DNA of 39,288 bases. Source: a virus. Its lineage: Duplodnaviria; Caudoviricetes. The notes beneath the pieces are model-generated. The model was not told the DNA's origin. It was given only the letters and a program-made list of their open reading frames with translations, and did not search any database. This document shows, piece after piece, positions 33,193-39,288 of this stretch (position 1 is the stretch's first letter; each line of letters opens with the position of its first letter). The stretch is from IMG/VR virus record IMGVR_UViG_3300014208_000078, positions 1-39,288 of that record. One strand, given 5' to 3'. A program made the translations under genes and the position numbers.

Positions 33193-35334
33193 ATGTCTAT
33201 AAGAAAGAATAGTGCTTATGGGATTAACAATCCCCTTCAAACATTAGCGCCAGAGCCAATTGTTGCTCAAAGAGCACCGACGGCTAGCGACCAGGCTCCT
33301 ATCGGGACAATTTGGATCGTAGAACCATCTAATGCTTATTATGTACTTACATCTAGTGGTACATGGACTACGGCTTCTGCTTCTGGATCATCTGTAGCAT
33401 CATTAACCATTACTGGTGGAGCTGGTGATGTATTAACAGTTAACGCTGGTGGAGACACTGTTTTAGGGGGTACTCTTGACGTTGCTGGTGTATCAGTATT
33501 TGCATCAGATGTAACTGTAACAGGTAACCTTGTAGCTAATGGCGACTTTGATATCTCTTCAGCTTCAGCAATTTCATTTACTTCAACAGCTAACCTTGCT
33601 CCTTCTATTTTGTTTGAAACAAACGGTGGAACAACTGAAACGTTAGAATTGTACGCTAACCAAGGTACTTCTTTAAACTCTATTGATATTCACAGCGATG
33701 CTGGTGGTATTGCTCTTGAAGCTGCTGCTAAGGCTGACGTTAAAGCTATCAATCTTATTGCTGGTGGCGGTGGTATTACACTTGATGCTGTTCTTACTTC
33801 AGCAGTTAACGTTGTTGGTGCTGGACAAGACATTCAATTGAATGCAACAGGTGGTTCTATTGCTTTAACAGCAACTGAAGCAACTGCTGGAGCAATCACT
33901 TTAAGCGCTTCTGATGCTGCTGGTACAATCTTGCTCTCTGGTGTTGGCGGACTTACTGCTCAGACAACTAACGCAACAATGTCTATTCAAACTGGAACAG
34001 GTGCTTTAAACGTCAATACTGTTGGTACAGCAAACGTTACTACTATTGGTAATGGCACAGGTGCTAGCCAAGTTGTCATCGCTGCTGGTACAGCTGGCAT
34101 TAACGTTGGTGCAAACGCTGTTGCTCATACAGTCACAGTTGGTAATAACACTGGTGCTTCTATTGTGGCAATCAATGCTGGTACTGCTGCTGCTGGTGCT
34201 ATCAATATTGGTACAACAGCAAACGATGTGCCAATAACTATCGGTAACTCAACTGGTGCTACTGACATAACAATTGACGCTGGTACATCTGGAGTAGGTA
34301 TTGGAGCAAACGCAATAGCGCATCCTATTACCATTGGAAATCAAACTGGGGCAACTTCTGTAAGTATTGCTGGTGGTACTGCTGCTGCTGGTTTTGTTGA
34401 TATTGCTACTGGAGCGCATGATACACCAATTACTATTGGTAACTCAACTGGTGCAACAGCTATTATCATCGATGCTGGTACTTCAGGGGTTCTTATTGGT
34501 AATAATGCGATAGCGCATCCAGTTACTATCGGAAATCAAACTGGTGCTACCGTTGTAACAATTGATGCTGGTACAGCTGGTGCTGGTGCTATTGATATTG
34601 GACGTAGCTTAAATGATGTTGCTATTACTATTGGTAACGCAACTGGCGCAACTCCTGTAAATATCGTTGGTGGTACAAGTGGTGTTGGAATCTCATCTAC
34701 TGGTACTGGTGATATTTCTCTTGCTAGTGCTGATACAGTTTTAATTGATGGTGTAGGCGTTGTAGAAATTAATTCTTCTGCTGGCGTAATTGGCATTGGT
34801 AACGATGCAGTTGCTCAAAATATAAATATCGGTTCAGGCGCAGCAGCTCGTACAATCACAATCGGTAACGTAACTACAACAACTGGTCTTGTACTTAACT
34901 CTGGTACAGGCGGAATCGCTCTTGCTTCAACAACAACTGGTGATATCACTCTTGCTTCAGCTGACACATGCTTAATAGATTGTGCTGGCGTACTTGAGCT
35001 TAACTCATCTGCTGGAATAATCAGTATTGGTAATGATGCGGTTGCTGCTGCAATTAATATCGGTTCTGGTGCATCAAACAGAGATATCACAATCGGTAAC
35101 ACAACTGCTTCAACAACTATCGTATTAAATACTCCAGTTGGAACAACAGTATCTATTCCTAAAGGTATTGATATTGGCGTAAGCGTTCTTTCAGGTGCTG
35201 GATCACCGAATGGTGTGACCACCGCGGCAGCTGGTTCATTGTGGCTACGTACAGATCCTGCAGGGGCTGCATCAAGAATTTACGTTAACACTGATTCGGG
35301 CACAACTTGGACTAACGTAACTTGCGCTGCTTAG
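33193..35334 (+). CDS. Long repetitive tail fibre/spike protein
   Basis: GGAG RBS before ATG at 33193; many 'ITIGNxTGAT' repeats; C-terminal 'GAGSPNGVTTAAAGSLWLRTD'. Confidence 0.75.
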   Translation: MSIRKNSAYGINNPLQTLAPEPIVAQRAPTASDQAPIGTIWIVEPSNAYYVLTSSGTWTTASASGSSVASLTITGGAGDVLTVNAGGDTVLGGTLDVAGVSVFASDVTVTGNLVANGDFDISSASAISFTSTANLAPSILFETNGGTTETLELYANQGTSLNSIDIHSDAGGIALEAAAKADVKAINLIAGGGGITLDAVLTSAVNVVGAGQDIQLNATGGSIALTATEATAGAITLSASDAAGTILLSGVGGLTAQTTNATMSIQTGTGALNVNTVGTANVTTIGNGTGASQVVIAAGTAGINVGANAVAHTVTVGNNTGASIVAINAGTAAAGAINIGTTANDVPITIGNSTGATDITIDAGTSGVGIGANAIAHPITIGNQTGATSVSIAGGTAAAGFVDIATGAHDTPITIGNSTGATAIIIDAGTSGVLIGNNAIAHPVTIGNQTGATVVTIDAGTAGAGAIDIGRSLNDVAITIGNATGATPVNIVGGTSGVGISSTGTGDISLASADTVLIDGVGVVEINSSAGVIGIGNDAVAQNINIGSGAAARTITIGNVTTTTGLVLNSGTGGIALASTTTGDITLASADTCLIDCAGVLELNSSAGIISIGNDAVAAAINIGSGASNRDITIGNTTASTTIVLNTPVGTTVSIPKGIDIGVSVLSGAGSPNGVTTAAAGSLWLRTDPAGAASRIYVNTDSGTTWTNVTCAA

Positions 35335-35361
35335 TTAGCTTTTTATAAGACAATTGAATTA

Positions 35362-35390
35362 TCAACCCGTGACAAAACCTCACGGGTTGA
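35362..35390 (+). terminator. Rho-independent terminator-like hairpin
   Basis: TCAACCCGTGA/TCACGGGTTGA followed by ATTTT. Confidence 0.65.
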
Positions 35391-35408
35391 ATTTTATGGG
35401 AGACTTTT

Positions 35409-35747
35409 ATGCCGATTACAACTAATGGAATAGTGAGAGCTCGATTTGAAGTTGCTCGAGAAATGGCTTTTGGAGATATTACCAATTCGTTCACCAGAAT
35501 TAGCTCAGTTTTTGCAGATAACTTTAGTGTGCTGTATGTACAAAACTTTACTGATGTAAATATAGATTTTTCTATTAGCTATGCTGGAACAGATGTGAGC
35601 TTTACGCTTGCTCCAAATGGAACACTATCAAGTGATATGGACACTAACCAAGTACAAATAGCTCAAGGAGAGGCTGCTTGGTGTAAATATAGAAGCGGCG
35701 CTCCAACAAGTGGATTCGTTCAAGTATCTGCAATTACTGCTGTTTAG
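35409..35747 (+). CDS. Small tail-associated protein
   Basis: GGAG RBS; beta-rich 112 aa between fibre genes. Confidence 0.6.
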   Translation: MPITTNGIVRARFEVAREMAFGDITNSFTRISSVFADNFSVLYVQNFTDVNIDFSISYAGTDVSFTLAPNGTLSSDMDTNQVQIAQGEAAWCKYRSGAPTSGFVQVSAITAV

Positions 35748-35755
35748 GAGATAAT

Positions 35756-37063
35756 ATGTCAGGTATTTTTAATAGAAATTCAGCTTCTGCTATAGGAGCT
35801 GTTGATAGCCTTACTGGTAACTCAGGTGGCGCAGTTAGTCCAAATATAGCTGGTAATATAACAGTAGTTGGTACTGGTGTTATTGACGTTGTCGGTACTC
35901 CTGGAACCAATACCTTAACTATTAGCTCATCAAGCGTAGCAAGTTCATATGTTACAGATAGCGGCACTGCAACTCCTGCTGGTGGTATTTTAGATGTTGT
36001 TGGATCTCATGGTATCAATACATCAGGTGCTGGTGATACAGTTACCATTGCTGTTAACAACACGTTAACACTTGGTGATCTGTCTCCAGTTGGTGCAGGT
36101 AGTTCTTCTTTAACTTTAACTACTGGTGATCTAACAGTTACTTCAGGTAACGTAAATTTACCAACAACTGCGGACGCTGATAATGGTGTTATTGAAGTTA
36201 ACTCTGCACGATTTATACACTCTTACGGAACTAATAACTCTTTTCTTGGATCTGGTGCAGGTAACTTTGTTTTAACTGGTCTTAATGCAACTGGTATTGG
36301 TAAAAATGCCCTAGCTGCGCTGACTGATGGTGGTTCCAATACTTCTGTTGGTGTTAATTCATCGCTTCTTTTAAATGGTGGTGATAGAAATTGTGCTCTA
36401 GGAGTAGCTTCTTTACAGACTATTACTACGGGCAGTGACAATATTGCACTAGGTTATTCAGCTGGATCATCATATGCAACAACTGATAGTAATAACATTG
36501 CTATTGGAAGCATTGGTGTTGCTGCTGACTCTGGAAGAATACGTATTGGTACTAATGGTACTCATACATCAACATTCTTTGCTGGTATTGAAGGTGTTAA
36601 CGTTGGTTCTGTTGCTGAAGTAGTTACTATAGATGCTGATGAACTTGGTAGTGCTGTCATTACTGCTGGTGCTGGTATTACAATAACACCAGGCGCTAAT
36701 ACAATTACTATTACTAACACAGGTGGTGGTGGTGTGTTTGCATGGACTGAGATTACTGCTGCTTCTGCTGGTATGGCTGTTAACAATGGATATATTGCCA
36801 ATAGAGCTACTTTGGTTACATTGACACTTCCTGCTGTTGCAGCTGTTGGAGAAGTTGTTCGTGTTGCTGGAAAAGGTGTTGGTCTATGGCTTATAGCTCA
36901 AAATGCTGGTCAGACGATACATTTTGGAGCAAGCAATACAACTACTGGTGCTGGTGGTTCTCTTGCAGCTATCTTGCAATATGATTGCGTAGAGTTACTT
37001 TGTACAACTGCTAATACAGATTTCGTAGTGTTGTCTGTTTTAGGTAATCTAACCGTCGTATAG
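35756..37063 (+). CDS. Tail fibre protein
   Basis: Gly/Thr-rich; YadA-head-like 'NxAxGxxAL' repeats; C-terminal 'NNGYIAN...TLTLPA..AVGEVVRV'. Confidence 0.75.
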   Translation: MSGIFNRNSASAIGAVDSLTGNSGGAVSPNIAGNITVVGTGVIDVVGTPGTNTLTISSSSVASSYVTDSGTATPAGGILDVVGSHGINTSGAGDTVTIAVNNTLTLGDLSPVGAGSSSLTLTTGDLTVTSGNVNLPTTADADNGVIEVNSARFIHSYGTNNSFLGSGAGNFVLTGLNATGIGKNALAALTDGGSNTSVGVNSSLLLNGGDRNCALGVASLQTITTGSDNIALGYSAGSSYATTDSNNIAIGSIGVAADSGRIRIGTNGTHTSTFFAGIEGVNVGSVAEVVTIDADELGSAVITAGAGITITPGANTITITNTGGGGVFAWTEITAASAGMAVNNGYIANRATLVTLTLPAVAAVGEVVRVAGKGVGLWLIAQNAGQTIHFGASNTTTGAGGSLAAILQYDCVELLCTTANTDFVVLSVLGNLTVV

Positions 37064-37071
37064 GATAAAAA

Positions 37072-39105
37072 ATGGCAACAAATAATGGTATAAATAATTC
37101 ATGTTTAACTGGTATTACTGTTTCTGGTGGAGCAGTATCGGTTGACTCTGGAACAAGCGCTTGTGGTATTTCTACAGACGCTTCAGCTACCACACTTTCA
37201 ATTGGTACAGGAAATGCTGTTAAAACGATCACTGTGGGATCGACCAATACAACTTCAACTACTAACTTAACCTCTGGTAGTGGTGGGGTTCAAGTTGCTA
37301 CATTTATGGGTCTTCCTGCAACTTCTGCAACAAATGGTCAAATTAAAATGAATTCGATACCTATGTTTCATACATATGGCGTATCGAACACCTTTGCAGG
37401 CCAATCAGCTGGTAACTTTACTACAACTGGTACAGATAACGTTTGTATTGGACGTTTAAATTCAGCAGCTCTTACCTCAGGGATAGACAACGTTATTATT
37501 GGATCTCAAGATAATGGTGGCGGTGGATTCTTTGGAGTTCTAAGCGGTAATTACAATACAGCAATCGGTAAAAATGCGTTAAATACTGCTTCAGGAAGCT
37601 ATAATATAGCTATCGGAAATGGCGCTGGTTATTTTTACACAACTACTGATAGTAGTAACGTTGCTATTAATAATACTGGAAGCGGTTTTACAGGAGAATC
37701 TAATACGCTTCGTATTGGTGATGCTACTGGAACTGGAGTTCGTCAGCTTAATAAATCGTTTATTCATGGTATTTATGGAACAACTGCTGCTGGTACGACT
37801 TCTTCGATTCCTGTGGTTACAAGCACTGGACAATTGTCAACGATTGCCCCTGCTTCATCGACTATTGGTTTTTCTACAGATGCAAATACAGCTACTATTA
37901 ATCTAGGAACTGGAGCTGCTGTTAAGGGCGTTACCCTTGGATCTACGAACTCTACATCTGCAACAACGGTTCAAAGTGGTTCAGGTGCTTTAAATGTAAC
38001 AGCTACTGGAGGTGCACTTACTGTTAACAGTGGTGTGGGCGCGTTAGGTATTTCTACTGATGCTTCTGCAACTACACTTTCAATTGGAACTGGTGGTGCA
38101 GTTAAAACGATCACCATGGGGTCTACAAATACAACATCGACAACCAACTTAACTTCTGGATCTGGTGGAGTTCAGGTAGCTACATTCTTGGGTTTACCAA
38201 CGACATCTTCAACTGTTGGACAGATTAAGGTTAATGGAACTGCTGCTTTTCATACATATGGAACAGATCAATTGTTTGTAGGGGCCGGAGCTGGTAATTT
38301 TACTTTGACAGGAAATAATAATACTGGAATTGGTGATTTAGCATTAAGTGCTTTAACAAGCGCATCGTTTAATACAACTGTTGGATCATCTGCTGGAAAA
38401 TCTCTTACTTCTGGTGGTCAAAATACAGCTATGGGGCTATCTGCTTTATTTGCAGAAACAACAGGAGTTCAAAATACTTCTATTGGGTATGGATCAATGG
38501 TTGCTGCTAATGGAGCAGTTGCTAATACGACTCTTGGATATAATGCATTAAATGGAATTACTACAGGAACTTTCAATATAGCAATAGGTCAATCTGCTGG
38601 CTCTGCTAATACTACAAGCGACTCTTCTAACATTTATATTATGTCATTAGGTGTTGCTGGTGAATCAAACACTATTCGTATTGGTTATCAGACTGGTGCT
38701 GGCGCTTCTCAGCAAAATAAAGCTTTTATAACAGGTGTACGTGGCATTACAACAGTTAACGTTGATGCACTGCCTGTTTTAATTGATAGTGCTGGTCAAC
38801 TCGGTACTATTTCTTCATCTATTCGTTTTAAAGAGAATGTTGAAGACATGGCAAATTCATCTTCTGACATATTAAAATTGCGCCCTGTTACATTTGATTT
38901 AAAAAATCGTCCTACTAGCAAGCGTCAAGTCGGTCTTATCGCTGAAGAAGTTTATGAAGTTATGCCAGACTTGGTTGTTCATAACATTGATGGTGAAATT
39001 GAATCTGTTAAATATCATGATCTTCCAGCATTGCTTTTAAATGAACTTCAAAAAGCTGTTAAACGCATTGAAGTACTAGAAGCAAAATTAGCAGAGAGGG
39101 ATTAA
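37072..39105 (+). CDS. Tail fibre with C-terminal intramolecular chaperone (peptidase S74-like)
   Basis: 'SSIRFKENVEDM...ILKLRPVTF...GLIAEEV.EVMPDLV...VKYHDL...L' plus coiled coil; 'NTAIGxxAL' repeats. Confidence 0.88.
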   Translation: MATNNGINNSCLTGITVSGGAVSVDSGTSACGISTDASATTLSIGTGNAVKTITVGSTNTTSTTNLTSGSGGVQVATFMGLPATSATNGQIKMNSIPMFHTYGVSNTFAGQSAGNFTTTGTDNVCIGRLNSAALTSGIDNVIIGSQDNGGGGFFGVLSGNYNTAIGKNALNTASGSYNIAIGNGAGYFYTTTDSSNVAINNTGSGFTGESNTLRIGDATGTGVRQLNKSFIHGIYGTTAAGTTSSIPVVTSTGQLSTIAPASSTIGFSTDANTATINLGTGAAVKGVTLGSTNSTSATTVQSGSGALNVTATGGALTVNSGVGALGISTDASATTLSIGTGGAVKTITMGSTNTTSTTNLTSGSGGVQVATFLGLPTTSSTVGQIKVNGTAAFHTYGTDQLFVGAGAGNFTLTGNNNTGIGDLALSALTSASFNTTVGSSAGKSLTSGGQNTAMGLSALFAETTGVQNTSIGYGSMVAANGAVANTTLGYNALNGITTGTFNIAIGQSAGSANTTSDSSNIYIMSLGVAGESNTIRIGYQTGAGASQQNKAFITGVRGITTVNVDALPVLIDSAGQLGTISSSIRFKENVEDMANSSSDILKLRPVTFDLKNRPTSKRQVGLIAEEVYEVMPDLVVHNIDGEIESVKYHDLPALLLNELQKAVKRIEVLEAKLAERD

Positions 39106-39106
39106 T

Positions 39107-39288
39107 ATGGCTTACAAAGATCCGCGCGCTTATCTGGGGATCGCCGAAAGGTCCCCAGGTAATCAAATTGAAAATACACGTAGGCCAACTGCTAATGATA
39201 GCCAAACATTCAATATAGGCGATCGTTGGGTCATCCCAACAAGCTCTGTGCCTGGTGCGCCATCAAATGAGCTGTGGCAATTAATGTC
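39107..39288 (+). CDS. Tail protein, 3'-truncated
   Basis: GAGG RBS; MAYKDPRAYLG...RRPTAND...IGDRWV resembles the N-terminus of 33193-35334 (QRAPTASD..PIGTIW). Confidence 0.6.
   Translation, partial: MAYKDPRAYLGIAERSPGNQIENTRRPTANDSQTFNIGDRWVIPTSSVPGAPSNELWQLM

Noticed and set aside
265-37906. Numerous antisense or alternate-frame ORFs overlapping long genes (e.g. 265-744, 22209-22478, 34815-35222, 36223-36441)
   Set aside because: They are shadows of Gly/Ala/Thr-biased codon usage in real genes and have no RBS or recognisable motifs.
33193-39105. Diversity-generating retroelement acting on the tail fibres
   Set aside because: There is no reverse transcriptase, and the repeat copies differ at synonymous positions generally rather than specifically at adenines.
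39107-39288. Exact circularity joining the last ORF to the ORF at position 1
   Set aside because: The terminal ORF ends two bases into a codon, and direct joining enters the wrong frame, stopping after a few codons (S-I-L-V-E-Q-stop). No terminal repeat is visible. They may be one gene with missing sequence in between.

Overview
An AT-rich, near-complete tailed-phage genome with podovirus-like architecture. It has a leftward early arm (ERF-like recombinase, DUF551-like proteins) and a rightward arm: HTH/replication genes, RusA, small and large terminase, P22-like portal, scaffold, N4-gp56-like major capsid, tail adaptor/nozzle, ejection proteins and several tail fibres. No integrase or polymerase is recognisable. 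The main result is that the portal and major capsid genes are split. Four related, ORF-less ~200-nt group I introns are present (one in the portal gene, three in the capsid gene), with U-G P1 helices and covarying P3/P7. The capsid gene also carries a 34-nt insertion (21867-21900) that keeps only the splice-site guide (P1 + P10) and a terminal G, with no catalytic core. It looks like a non-autonomous mini-intron that would have to be spliced by a neighbouring ribozyme. Removing all four capsid insertions restores one uninterrupted 315-aa ORF. Other notable items are three free-standing HNH endonucleases, three tandem pseudoknot-like units in the capsid leader, a tRNA-like RNA with a D-loop insertion, and signal-peptide proteins, one of which ends in a eukaryotic CaaX-type motif. 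All protein family calls come from motif recognition by eye; no searches were run.
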